Positions 10,054 through 19,555 of a stretch of DNA of 64,000 nt are shown here, one piece after another; the first letter of the stretch is position 1, and every line of letters begins with the position of its first letter. The notes below the pieces were generated by a model. It was not told where the DNA came from, made no database searches, and saw only the letters and a program-made list of their open reading frames with translations. The translations under genes and the position numbers were made by a program. This stretch comes from Candidatus Micrarchaeota archaeon (lineage in GTDB: Archaea; Micrarchaeota; Micrarchaeia; Norongarragalinales; SBBD01), in contig JACRGC010000005.1 of NCBI GenBank assembly GCA_016212475.1, positions 157 through 64,156 of the forward strand, written 5' to 3'.

Positions 10054-10063
10054 AGATTTTTAA

Positions 10064-11086
10064 GTGATGCTAATGTCAATAGCTTTTGCGTATGCAGCTA
10101 CCAGGATCAAGGGACTTAAAAGCAAGCTGCTCTCTGAAACAAGGCTCAGGCAGCTTTTGGAAGTAAAAACCATTCCCGAAATGATCCAGCTGCTTGAGGA
10201 ATCCGATTACAAGGAGGATTTTGTAGCCATGTCCACAAAATATTCCGATATGGAATTGGTAATGCGCGCGCTTCATGAGAATTTCAAATCAACACTTAGG
10301 AAACTGATTAAAATAAGCCCAAAGGATGGGAGGGAGGCGCTTGGGATTTTGCTTAAGGAATATTATATCCAAACAATAAATGCGATAATCGCATCCAAGG
10401 CATCCGGAACACCCCTTTTGGAAACCGAACTCACGTTTGCGGACCCATCATCTGAAAAGCTTATCCAAAAAATCATGGCGGCTGCATCCGTCGAGGATGT
10501 TTTGCTAAGGCTTAAGGGAACCGAATATGCCCAAAAAATCCGGAAGGCAACCAAGGAATATGAGGCCACAAAGGATTTCAGAATAATCACAAGGGCGTTA
10601 AATGAGCATTATTTTGAAATGCTAAAAACCCTAAACACAAAAAAATACAGCCTTCTTTGGGAACTGATTGAAAGCAAGAACAACATCAAGAACCTGATGG
10701 TGGTTTTGAGGATCAAGCAAAAGGCGCAGAATGCCGATGCATCCAAATTCTTTGTAATGAGGGATAAGTTCGCGCTAGAACTTAACAAGATCAATGAATT
10801 CCCAAAAATCCTTGAAAAGGTTTCGCAAAAATACCCCCAAATTGCTCCAAGCGTGAATGAAAGCGCAAAAACCAGCTCCTTGATACCTGTTGAAATCGCC
10901 CTTGAAGGGTTGATGGTAAAAAGGACGCTTAGGATACTTAGGCTTGGAGTCATGAATTTTGCAGCCATACTTGGGTATTTGTACCTAAAAGAGCTTGAAA
11001 TTTCGGAAATTAGGAAAATTGCATATGCTAAAAAATACGATTTCACTGAAGAATTGAAAGCCATGGTCTACAGCTTCAATGCGTGA
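10064..11086 (+). CDS. atpC: A-type ATP synthase subunit C (d-subunit)
   Basis: 340-aa all-helical protein. Position and size match. Confidence 0.75.
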   Translation: MMLMSIAFAYAATRIKGLKSKLLSETRLRQLLEVKTIPEMIQLLEESDYKEDFVAMSTKYSDMELVMRALHENFKSTLRKLIKISPKDGREALGILLKEYYIQTINAIIASKASGTPLLETELTFADPSSEKLIQKIMAAASVEDVLLRLKGTEYAQKIRKATKEYEATKDFRIITRALNEHYFEMLKTLNTKKYSLLWELIESKNNIKNLMVVLRIKQKAQNADASKFFVMRDKFALELNKINEFPKILEKVSQKYPQIAPSVNESAKTSSLIPVEIALEGLMVKRTLRILRLGVMNFAAILGYLYLKELEISEIRKIAYAKKYDFTEELKAMVYSFNA

Positions 11087-11403
11087 TATTTATGGAAAAA
11101 ATAGTTGCTCTTGGGGATAGGGATTTGATTACAGGATTCAAACTGGTCGGGGTCATGGAAGGAATTGTTTGCACCCCTGAAAATGCGGATTTGAAGATGA
11201 ATGAGATTTTGCTAAGGCAAGACGCGGGGATTGTGATTTTCCAGGACGAATTCCAAAATTACCTTTCACATAAGACAAAAAAACTAATTGAAACAATCCC
11301 AAAGCCGGTTGTTGTGAATGTTGGCGTAAAGGCGGCTTCCTCAACGGAAAATTTGCAGGCGATGATCAAGAGGGCTATAGGGATTTCCCTTGATAAATTG
11401 TAA
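11083..11403 (+). CDS. atpF: A-type ATP synthase subunit F
   Basis: 106 aa. MEKIVALGDRDLITGFKLVGV is the typical subunit-F N-terminus. 4-nt overlap with atpC. Confidence 0.75.
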   Translation: MIFMEKIVALGDRDLITGFKLVGVMEGIVCTPENADLKMNEILLRQDAGIVIFQDEFQNYLSHKTKKLIETIPKPVVVNVGVKAASSTENLQAMIKRAIGISLDKL

Positions 11404-11581
11404 GCAATTTTGGATAAAGGAAAGGCAAGTCACAACAAATTCCATTCTTTTTCAACAATGCAAGTTGCGGGCAACCCCCAAATCGCAATCCGCTGGGCCC
11501 TATGCCGGCCAGTTCCTGCAATCACATACGGGCCTTGCATCTTCCTAAAAACGCACAGGATTTTTTCGCCTTGGATTTGGC

Positions 11582-11920
11582 TCATTTTACTTTCCCCTCT
11601 TCAGCCAGTTTTACCAATATACCATTTACCTGCAATAAATCAAGCTGCAATTCGTCTGCAATTTGCGATGTGAATGCTTTTTTGTGGGATTTTAGGTATG
11701 AAAGTATTTCCTTTTCCGCATCCTTTGAATTGGGCGTACGGATTTCTATTACCTTGATCCCCCGCACGTATTCATAATAGTGGCTTAGCGCTTCCCTGAT
11801 CGCTTCGGCTTTGCTGAATTTCATCTTCCTGCATATCTCATCGATGATTTTGATTTCCGAGGTTAGGTCGACCGGATACACGTACCTTGAAACAGTTTCC
11901 ATGGCATCACAGTTATACAT
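11582..11920 (-). CDS. Transcriptional regulator with ribbon-helix-helix plus winged-helix domains
   Basis: RHH-like KFSKAEAIREALSHYY segment. C-terminal wHTH-like QIADELQLDLLQVNGILVKLAEEGKV. Confidence 0.4.
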   Translation of the reverse strand: MYNCDAMETVSRYVYPVDLTSEIKIIDEICRKMKFSKAEAIREALSHYYEYVRGIKVIEIRTPNSKDAEKEILSYLKSHKKAFTSQIADELQLDLLQVNGILVKLAEEGKVK

Positions 11921-12142
11921 TGTATAAACCCGTTATTATGCATTTCCATACGGGCTATACACAAAGATTTTCAAGCTTGTCTTGAGTATGTTTTGCAGTG
12001 GCCCTAGAATAAGGTTTGGTTGATTAAAAATCAAAATTTGCTTGATTTTGGCTAGTGGCGGCGTTTGATTACGCAGAAAGGAAAGCACGCAATGGATGAA
12101 AGGCAGGGCAACTATAATTTGGCGGGATAGGCTTTAAGAAAA

Positions 12143-13243
12143 CTAGTTCCTAATTTGCTTTCCAATAAGTTCAAGTGTTTGAGCAACGATCAATGGGAGG
12201 GATTCTGGGGTTGCTAGCAAGCTGGCAGCAACAGCATGCCCGCCGCCGTTCAGAATTTCTGCCGGAAAAGTTTTTTTCAGCTCTTGAATCAGCAAATTGG
12301 CATCAAAACCCATCTTCAATATTTCAGAAGTTGCCCGAAATGAAATTCCATCCTCGGTAACGCCAAGGCAAACAATTGGTTTTGCGATGTCCCGCTCCTT
12401 TTTTGCAATTATTTCATTCATTACTTTCCCCCTTGGAGGATATTCCTTTTTCTTTAGGAATTTTGAAACCTTCGATATTACAACAAAATATGCGCCAAAA
12501 TCCCTAACCTCGGTGTATTTTTCCGAAAGTTTCATGGCATTTTCAATTTTTTCCTTTGCCTGCAAATACGATTCAGCAACCATTTCCTTGGAAGATAGGA
12601 ATCGTTCATAGAAGGGCAAATTAAGCTCGCGATAATGCGTTGCATAATCAAGCGCAACAGCTTCCTTGTACTCCTTTGCATGATTGCCAAATGAGCTTTT
12701 ATCGGATTGCATTGCAAAGTATGCCAAATTCTCATCAGCTGATTCCTCATCAATTAGCCTAGCCAGCTCGTAGCAAAGAAGGCCCGCGCAATGTGACGAA
12801 CTGCCTCCCTCCGATAGGGGGGAAATGAAATAATCTGCGATTTTTTCAACTCTTGGATCATTTGGATGATGGTCAAGCACGGCAATTGTCACTCCCGAGC
12901 CCTTGAGCAATTTAAGGGCGTCCATGCTTTCAGGGCCGGTTGCGTGGTCAACAATTATAGCAAATGTTTCGGATGGGACGCCAATTTCGCTAAGCTCTTG
13001 CATTGCCTTCTCGACATAGTAAACCGGCGAATCTGACGGCAGGGATTGGATTGGGGTTTGTGGAAAAACCGCCTTTATTGCCTTGTAGATGTTAAGGGCC
13101 GCGCAAACTCCATCGCAATCGTTATGGTACCTGATTGCAAATGAATAATCATCCCTTGCAGCATCGATTATGGCTTTTGCTAGGGGATCCATCTTTTTTT
13201 GAAGTGCATGCATGGTACTGTCGTTTACGAGCAATTTTTTCAT
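12143..13243 (-). CDS. DHH-DHHA1 family phosphoesterase (NrnA-like nanoRNase / pAp phosphatase)
   Basis: Motifs HNDCDGVCA (I), VLDHHPN (DHH), NGGGHAVAAS (DHHA1 GGGH). Start is chosen at MKKLLVND, the ORF's second in-frame Met (ORF extends to 13276). Confidence 0.75.
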   Translation of the reverse strand: MKKLLVNDSTMHALQKKMDPLAKAIIDAARDDYSFAIRYHNDCDGVCAALNIYKAIKAVFPQTPIQSLPSDSPVYYVEKAMQELSEIGVPSETFAIIVDHATGPESMDALKLLKGSGVTIAVLDHHPNDPRVEKIADYFISPLSEGGSSSHCAGLLCYELARLIDEESADENLAYFAMQSDKSSFGNHAKEYKEAVALDYATHYRELNLPFYERFLSSKEMVAESYLQAKEKIENAMKLSEKYTEVRDFGAYFVVISKVSKFLKKKEYPPRGKVMNEIIAKKERDIAKPIVCLGVTEDGISFRATSEILKMGFDANLLIQELKKTFPAEILNGGGHAVAASLLATPESLPLIVAQTLELIGKQIRN

Positions 13244-13406
13244 GATTATTACCAAATTCAGCAAAAAGCCAAACAAATTCCCTAAAACCTAGCTATTGTT
13301 TCAAAACCTTGCCTAACAACAGCTTTATATTCCTCCTTTTTAAGAAATATGGGAAGTCAATTATTAGGAAGGTTCGAATTTATAATTAGCCATAAAGGTG
13401 TTATTC

Positions 13407-13667
13407 ATGAAAGCAACAATAGTAAACTATAGGGGATCTGTGCATTCGCAAAAAACCTCGCACATGATTCTTTTGCCGGAGGGCGTAAAAACCAGGAAGG
13501 ATGCAGACAAGCTCAAGGGAAAGGAAGTTATTTTTACAACTGAAAGCAAAAAACTAATAAAGGGAAAAATTGCAGCAGCGCATGGAAGCAAGGGAGCGGT
13601 TCGGGCAATTTTTGAGCGGGGCCTTCCTGGCCAATCGCTTGGCGGAAAAGTCGATATTGGGAATTGA
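13407..13667 (+). CDS. rpl35ae: Ribosomal protein L35Ae
   Basis: 87 aa. ..KIAAAHGSKGAVRAIFERGLPGQSLGGKV.. matches the L35Ae signature. Confidence 0.7.
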   Translation: MKATIVNYRGSVHSQKTSHMILLPEGVKTRKDADKLKGKEVIFTTESKKLIKGKIAAAHGSKGAVRAIFERGLPGQSLGGKVDIGN

Positions 13668-13757
13668 TTTGCTAAAAAAAGCTCGTTTTGATCTAAAATC
13701 CCAAAAAATTAGCAGATTTCTAAAGCCGCAATGGAAATTTTAATTATAATAATCCAG

Positions 13758-14699
13758 TTAGCGAAGGAAAGCAATCATATCCACAATATTACCATAAAGG
13801 ATTCCAAGAAGCAGGGCAATTAAGATGTAGGGCCCAAACCGTGGCAAAACCTTGTTGACCGGGAATAAGTGCATTTTCTCGTTCTTTTCGATTTCCTGCA
13901 ATTTTTTAACCTCGGCAATTGTCAAAACACGCTGCAAATTATATTTCTTGACAAGTTCGGCAGGCATCTTATCTATTGCAAAAATGTCCTCATCTTCTAT
14001 TTCACTTATTGGAATCCTTCGGATGATTATCTCATCCAAAATCTGCTCCCGGAAAGTTACAAAGAATGCGCTGGAAATCAAAAGAAGGAAAAATAAAAAT
14101 GAGGCGGCTGAAACCCCGAATTGATAGTATAGGAAAACGCTGCCGATCAATGCCAGAACTAGCGCAATTGGGCCTAAAAATTTATTTGGCTTGAGCGCCT
14201 TTGTGGATTTTAGCAGCGCAATTGCATATTGGAGGGAAGCCCCAAGGGTTGCGATGAATGAACTTACCAAAAATATTGTTATAAAGAAAAGCATGTGGTT
14301 GAAAATGTTGAGGTAGCCAACAAGAAACCAGTTTTCAGGCGGGATTGAATTGATAATCAAGCTCACATCAACTGCAGGAACAAGCTTTAGGGATGAAGGA
14401 GCAAGCGGCAAAAGCTGCTGGATGCCAACAAAAAGCAAGACATCGCCCATTCCCAATTGGCCTTTTTTATAGAACAAGTAGCCAAAGGTTAGGATTATGA
14501 TCGAAACTATCAATGCGTAAACAATCAGGTAATTGTCCTCGATTAAGAAGGGGAATAGGTTCATCAAAAGGCCGATTGCAATCATGATGTAGATGATCTT
14601 TTCATCTATGAACGAGGTTTTGTAGTCCTGGTACGCAGCTGCTCCGCAGCCTAAAAGTGCCACCAGAATTCGAATCAGTTCATAATTCAAAGTTTCCAT
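13758..14699 (-). CDS. Type IV prepilin/preflagellin peptidase (A24 family, FlaK/PibD-like) with a long charged C-terminal extension
   Basis: Polytopic membrane protein. First catalytic Asp in QDYKTSFIDE, second in LGMGDVLL (GxGDxKL-type). Confidence 0.6.
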   Translation of the reverse strand: METLNYELIRILVALLGCGAAAYQDYKTSFIDEKIIYIMIAIGLLMNLFPFLIEDNYLIVYALIVSIIILTFGYLFYKKGQLGMGDVLLFVGIQQLLPLAPSSLKLVPAVDVSLIINSIPPENWFLVGYLNIFNHMLFFITIFLVSSFIATLGASLQYAIALLKSTKALKPNKFLGPIALVLALIGSVFLYYQFGVSAASFLFFLLLISSAFFVTFREQILDEIIIRRIPISEIEDEDIFAIDKMPAELVKKYNLQRVLTIAEVKKLQEIEKNEKMHLFPVNKVLPRFGPYILIALLLGILYGNIVDMIAFLR

Positions 14700-14708
14700 C
14701 GAATTTAC

Positions 14709-15728
14709 CTATGCAAGATCTATTTTCTTCCCATCCTTTTGCAAAAATACTTCTTCTTTTGCGGTGATTTTCCCGATTTTTTGCGCCTTCAATTTATGCC
14801 TTGCGCAAATATCAATTACTTTTTTCGCATCTTTTGGATCGCAAACTATGCAAAAGCCTATTCCCATGTTGAAAGTGCGGTACATTTCCCTATCGTCTAT
14901 TTTGCCTTCCTTTTTGATCATGTCAAATATTGGGAGCGGGATTGGCATATTATCCAGCAAAAACCCTTTTTTTGCAAGCCTTCCAATCCTTAAAAGTTTT
15001 GAGAATGCGCCGCCGGTTATGTGCGCCATCCCCCTAACGCTTTTTACCTTTTTTATCACATCCAAAACCACATTCGAATAGATGTAGGTTGGAATTAGCA
15101 TTTCAAGCAAAAGCTCCTCGTTTAGCAAATTGCGGTCGTTCAAAAGCACTTTTCTTGCAAGACTATAGCCATTTGAGTGAAGGCCCGAACTTTCAATTCC
15201 AATAATCACATCATCAACTCTCATCTTTTCGCCGGTGATGAGCGGGCCGTCGACCTCGCCAATAACGCTTACGGATAAGTCAAACCCCCTTCCTGTAAAG
15301 CCTTTGATTAAATCCGGAACCACTGCGGTTTCGCCCCCAACCACTGGGCAATCCACCATTTTTGCTCCTGCTGCTATTCCTTTCATGATCTCATAAATCT
15401 GCTTCTCGTCGGTTGTTTCGATTGCCAGATAATCCATCAATGCAACCGGCCTAGCTCCGATGCAAACAATGTCATTCACATTCATGGCAACGGCATCAAT
15501 TCCAACCGTATCAAATTTTTCCAAAAGCTGGGCAATTAGGACTTTTGTTCCAACGCCATCGGTGTGCATTGCTATTTGCTTATTGCCAATTTTCATGACG
15601 CCGGCATAGTGGCCAGCTGGCAAAATCACATCCTTATTCAGGGTGGATTCCAAAAGGGATGCAATCCCGCCCTGAATCCCCTTGATTTTCCAGACATTGA
15701 CTCCTGCTTTTGCGTAAGTGAACCCCAT
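14709..15728 (-). CDS. purM: Phosphoribosylformylglycinamidine cyclo-ligase (AIR synthetase)
   Basis: 339 aa. AIR-synthase-related N- and C-domains (..GFDLSVSVIGE.., HITGGAF..). Confidence 0.85.
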   Translation of the reverse strand: MGFTYAKAGVNVWKIKGIQGGIASLLESTLNKDVILPAGHYAGVMKIGNKQIAMHTDGVGTKVLIAQLLEKFDTVGIDAVAMNVNDIVCIGARPVALMDYLAIETTDEKQIYEIMKGIAAGAKMVDCPVVGGETAVVPDLIKGFTGRGFDLSVSVIGEVDGPLITGEKMRVDDVIIGIESSGLHSNGYSLARKVLLNDRNLLNEELLLEMLIPTYIYSNVVLDVIKKVKSVRGMAHITGGAFSKLLRIGRLAKKGFLLDNMPIPLPIFDMIKKEGKIDDREMYRTFNMGIGFCIVCDPKDAKKVIDICARHKLKAQKIGKITAKEEVFLQKDGKKIDLA

Positions 15729-16039
15729 TTACAAATCACCACAAGATAGCATTTAGAACGAAGAAAGGGTTAATAAGCGATTTTGTTGGATTCTTATTAT
15801 CGGAATTGCACCTAAATGAGCTATTCGAAAGGCGCATCAAAACAGCTATTACTTATCAGAAGAGCTCAAAAACGCCCATTTTTAAGCCTTTATATGCATT
15901 ATAATGCCATTAAGTTGTAAGCTATGTTTAAGGCTTGAGAGATTTGAATACGTTCGATTTTTTGGATTGTAGCTGATTCTTTTGAGATTTCCTTAGCAGC
16001 GTAGCCGATGCAACTGCATATAGATAGGTGAAATAAGGT

Positions 16040-16471
16040 ATGGGTTTTAGAGATAGAGACAGCGGAGGAGGAAGACGTGGCGGAGGCGGCGGCGGATACG
16101 GCGGCGGCGGAAGGGATCGCGGCGGATTTGGCGGCGGAAGGGATCGCGGATTTGGAGGAGGCGGTGGCGGAGGAGGATTCGCACAAAGGGAAGCCCCTGT
16201 TAAATCTGGAGAAGAATACGATGTTGAAATTACTGACATTGCAGCAAAGGGAGATGGAATCTGCAAGATTCAAGGATTCATTATCTTCGTGCCTGGAGCC
16301 TCAAAAGGCGAAAAGGTTAGGATCAAGATCAACGAAGTGAGGAACAGGTTTGCAATTGCCCAAAAAACCGGCGATGCGCAATCAAGCGACTCACCGGCTG
16401 CATCTGAGTCCAGTGAATCGGAAGAATCTGATGACTCCGAAGAGTCTGATGAATCGGAAGAAACACAATGA
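16040..16471 (+). CDS. TRAM-domain RNA-binding protein with N-terminal RGG/Gly-rich box and C-terminal acidic Ser/Glu/Asp tail
   Basis: TRAM core EYDVEITDIAAKGDGICKIQGFIIFVPGASKGEKVRIKI. N-terminal GGGRRGGGGGGYGGGGRDRGGFGGGRDRGFGGGGGGG. Tail SSESEESDDSEESDESEE. Confidence 0.7.
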   Translation: MGFRDRDSGGGRRGGGGGGYGGGGRDRGGFGGGRDRGFGGGGGGGGFAQREAPVKSGEEYDVEITDIAAKGDGICKIQGFIIFVPGASKGEKVRIKINEVRNRFAIAQKTGDAQSSDSPAASESSESEESDDSEESDESEETQ

Positions 16472-16520
16472 TTTCTTTCCTTTTTTTTATTTTTTTTTCT
16501 TTATTTTTTTTACTGATAAT
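16472..16520. terminator. Oligo-T tract between convergent genes (archaeal intrinsic-terminator-like)
   Basis: tttccttttttttatttttttttctttattttttttact lies between the stops of the TRAM gene (+) and the PLP-enzyme gene (-). Confidence 0.45.
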
Positions 16521-18134
16521 TTATTCCTTAAGCGCGTTTAATTCTTTGCCTAAGTTTTTAACGTAAGATTTTTCTAATTTATTTAACTCTGCCTTATAAT
16601 TCTTGGGAGTTGGGATATTTTTGGATTTTAAGTAATCATACCCCCCAATTGCAACTCTTTTTGAAAATCCCATGAGCTCGCCAAATGAATGCATCGACAA
16701 ATAATCCTGTAATCTGAAAATGTCGTTAGCAGTTTTTACCCTTGGATGCACATTATTCGCCCAATCTTCAGGTTGAACTCCTCCGTACCCTAAGCCGAAT
16801 ACAATCCCTTGTTTTTTTCTAACAAATTCTTTAAAACTGGCAGCATCGACACCTTCAGGAGGCACAAATGCATTAAGCATTATTGATTGCGATTCTTTTG
16901 GACCATAGGGTTCAAAACCCAATGTTTTTAGGGCTGTTTTTCTAAAACCCGAAATATATTTCCTTTTGATGTTGGAAACATCATCCATTGCATCTTGGAG
17001 GCTTTCGCGTGTTTTGGCACCAGATAAAACCGCCGCTTCCATGTGGCGCTCAAGAAGTTTTCTTGAAGTCCAAATATATGCGGCCATTCCTTGGGTAAAA
17101 TGAGCCCGACCAAGAAGAGTGTCTGGCGCAACATTATAGCCTAATTTCTTCAAGTTCGATTGCAATTCTGCTCCATGCATTTTCAATACTCTCCCTGCAA
17201 TTTGGAAAAATTTCTTCGGCGATTGATGGCTCATTTCTCTAACCAAATCCGAATAATATGGGGACTCTTTGTCCTCCAATTGCATTCTAAGCCTGTTTTG
17301 AACCATCCTCTCCATTGCTAAATCAGTAGCTGCAATATGGGACATTAATAGGGAACCAGTAGTTTTAGGTGTGCTAAAATACATGGCAACTGGCAACTCC
17401 TTATAATCGTTTAAATTCACAGTCCCCCTCGAACTGGTAGCATCAAAAGCAATTAAAGGAACTTCGATTCCTTTCGCTTTGCAATCTTCGGCCACCCGCC
17501 TAAGCACATGCCCCAGGTTAATTTCTTGCGCCGTGCCCGTCTCAAGATGCGGCATCGTGATTAAGGTGGTATTTTTAGATATTTTTTTTATGATATCATC
17601 AGCTGTTGGGGCGGCCCCATATTTTACGCTAATTACCTCATGTTTTAGGCCTAAGCTTTTTGTTTGCCTTCTTGTTCTGTCGCTAAATGCACCAAAATGC
17701 GAAACAACCACATTAGTCAAGACATCATCCTTGTGGGCGGCAGTTCCTAAGATGGCTTCCGAGAGTAAACTTGCACTCGAATGGATTCCTAAAACGTTTT
17801 GGCCATCCACTCCCCAAATATTGCCAACCAAATCCCTCGCCTGGGTGATTATTTTCAATCCTTCAGGTATAGTTTGAGGTTGCATCGAGCGCTTTCCAAT
17901 AGTATCGGGAGCTGCAGACAAATCACCAATATTTTTTCCAAAGAATTTTAATTCCTGCTCAATTTCAGCCTGCGCTTTGATTCGTTGCGAAAGCCAGGGA
18001 TTATAGGAATATTTGCTTGCATTTAATTTTCCCTTGAATGCGCCTAAAAATTGTGAGCGCAATTCGCTCCTTTCAAATTTTGTTGTTCCTTTAAAAGTTG
18101 TTAAATTTTTCCAAGGTAACTTTTCTTCGGCCAT
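16521..18134 (-). CDS. PLP-dependent class-V aminotransferase-fold enzyme with unusual N- and C-terminal extensions (function unknown)
   Basis: The central region resembles class-V AT/NifS-like enzymes (..TMPHLETGTAQEI..IAFDATSS.., candidate PLP Lys in FSTPKTTGS). Start is preferred at MAEEKLPW (18134), which has a TATA-like box ~28 nt upstream. The ORF extends to 18257. Confidence 0.35.
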   Translation of the reverse strand: MAEEKLPWKNLTTFKGTTKFERSELRSQFLGAFKGKLNASKYSYNPWLSQRIKAQAEIEQELKFFGKNIGDLSAAPDTIGKRSMQPQTIPEGLKIITQARDLVGNIWGVDGQNVLGIHSSASLLSEAILGTAAHKDDVLTNVVVSHFGAFSDRTRRQTKSLGLKHEVISVKYGAAPTADDIIKKISKNTTLITMPHLETGTAQEINLGHVLRRVAEDCKAKGIEVPLIAFDATSSRGTVNLNDYKELPVAMYFSTPKTTGSLLMSHIAATDLAMERMVQNRLRMQLEDKESPYYSDLVREMSHQSPKKFFQIAGRVLKMHGAELQSNLKKLGYNVAPDTLLGRAHFTQGMAAYIWTSRKLLERHMEAAVLSGAKTRESLQDAMDDVSNIKRKYISGFRKTALKTLGFEPYGPKESQSIMLNAFVPPEGVDAASFKEFVRKKQGIVFGLGYGGVQPEDWANNVHPRVKTANDIFRLQDYLSMHSFGELMGFSKRVAIGGYDYLKSKNIPTPKNYKAELNKLEKSYVKNLGKELNALKE

Positions 18135-18292
18135 TGCAAATCTCACCTTGATTTTATTTTTCTTTGAAAGCTTTAAAATGAATGTTTTCCGGTTGGCTTT
18201 TACGTTTCTTGCCGTAATCCCAATGAATTCAATTGCTTTAAAAGTGTTGACCTTCAAATTTGGTAAAATTCATTGCTTAGGGGTTGATGTAA

Positions 18293-19528
18293 ATGCTGCA
18301 GGTTGCTTCAAGGGTTGAACGCGCAAATTACGCCATCCGGGATCCGGATGTTGCTTCAAAAGTTAAGGAGCTAAAGGCAAAGGGGAGGAAAACCTACGAG
18401 CTAAATATCGGGGATCCTGGCGCAAACAAGGGAATTTATGGCTTTCAAACGCCGGATTACATAAAAAAAGCGCTGATTGGGATCATCCAAAAAAACGGGG
18501 AGTTTGACGGGTATGCCAGTGAGCAGGGAGAATTGGAAACTAGGCAGGCAATTGCGGATTATTCAAGATCACTTGGGATTAGCGATTGCGACCCTGAAAA
18601 AATAGTTGTTGGAAACGGCTTAAGCGAACTTTTGGATTATTATTTTGGCGTAAGCGTTGAAAAGGGCAGGAATGTGGTTTTGCCAAGGCCCGATTATCCT
18701 CTTTACACCGCCCGTGTGAATTGGTATGAAGGCGAGCCTAGGTATTACACGATGGATCCAAAGAATGACTGGAAGCCTAAAGTCGAGGAAATTGAAGCCC
18801 AAATCGACAAGAATACAACTGCTGTTGTTTTGATCAATCCAAACAACCCAACCGGCGCGGTATTGGATGAGGAAGAGCTTAGGGCAATAATTGATGTTGT
18901 AAATGATAAGGGAAAAGGGGAAGTTCCAATTATTTCGGATGAAATTTACCATCTTTTAAGGTTTGATGGAAAGCAGCATATTTCAACAGCTTCCCTAACG
19001 GATGATGTTCCGGTTATCACCATGGATGGTTTTTCAAAAGGGTTTTACTCGCCTGGCTGGAGAATTGGGCACATGCTGTTTTCAAATTTCAAGGACGATA
19101 GCCTCTTCAAGGCGATGGTTAAGGTTTGCGCATTCAGATTGTCTGCAAATAACGCAGTTCAGCACGCATATGCGGTTGGAATTCGCGAGCGCGAAAACAA
19201 CATGGCAGAATACACCAAATATTTGCGGTGGCTAAAGGAGAGGGCAAGGTATACGACGGATAGGATAAATTCGATAAAGGGGCTTTCGTGCAATGCCCCA
19301 AAGGGCGCGTTTTACGCGCTTCCAAAAGTTGAATCGATGAAATGGAAAACGGATAAGGAATTCATTTTGCAGCTGCTGGAAGAGGAAGGGGTAAGAATTG
19401 TTCCCGGCAGCGGGTTTGCAATGCCAGCTGGAGAGGGATATTTCAGGGTTGTAACGCTTCCGTCAATGGATGTCCAAAAAACGGCGTATGATAAGGTTGA
19501 AGCGTTCATGGGAAGGCATGTTGCTTAA
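18293..19528 (+). CDS. aspC: Aspartate/aromatic aminotransferase (class I/II PLP fold)
   Basis: 411 aa. N-terminal ..RANYAIRD..; PLP-Lys motif FSKGFYSPGWRIG. Confidence 0.8.
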   Translation: MLQVASRVERANYAIRDPDVASKVKELKAKGRKTYELNIGDPGANKGIYGFQTPDYIKKALIGIIQKNGEFDGYASEQGELETRQAIADYSRSLGISDCDPEKIVVGNGLSELLDYYFGVSVEKGRNVVLPRPDYPLYTARVNWYEGEPRYYTMDPKNDWKPKVEEIEAQIDKNTTAVVLINPNNPTGAVLDEEELRAIIDVVNDKGKGEVPIISDEIYHLLRFDGKQHISTASLTDDVPVITMDGFSKGFYSPGWRIGHMLFSNFKDDSLFKAMVKVCAFRLSANNAVQHAYAVGIRERENNMAEYTKYLRWLKERARYTTDRINSIKGLSCNAPKGAFYALPKVESMKWKTDKEFILQLLEEEGVRIVPGSGFAMPAGEGYFRVVTLPSMDVQKTAYDKVEAFMGRHVA

Positions 19529-19555
19529 AAAAAATAATTGATTAAAAAAAATAAA

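Noticed and set aside
9339-10079. 246-aa minus-strand ORF spanning atpK/atpE
   Set aside because: It is antisense to two conserved genes, so it is an artefact of AT-rich sequence with few stops in that frame.
11410-11777. Plus-strand ORFs 11410..11673 and 11502..11777 in the atpF downstream region
   Set aside because: They overlap the GC-rich spacer and the convergent regulator gene and have no start context. The region is treated as a possible ncRNA (reported as a finding).
15928-16340. Proline-rich minus ORF (15928..16266) and Ala-rich plus ORF (16077..16340) over the TRAM gene
   Set aside because: They are alternative-frame readings of the GC-rich Gly-codon repeat (GGN)n of the TRAM protein's RGG box.
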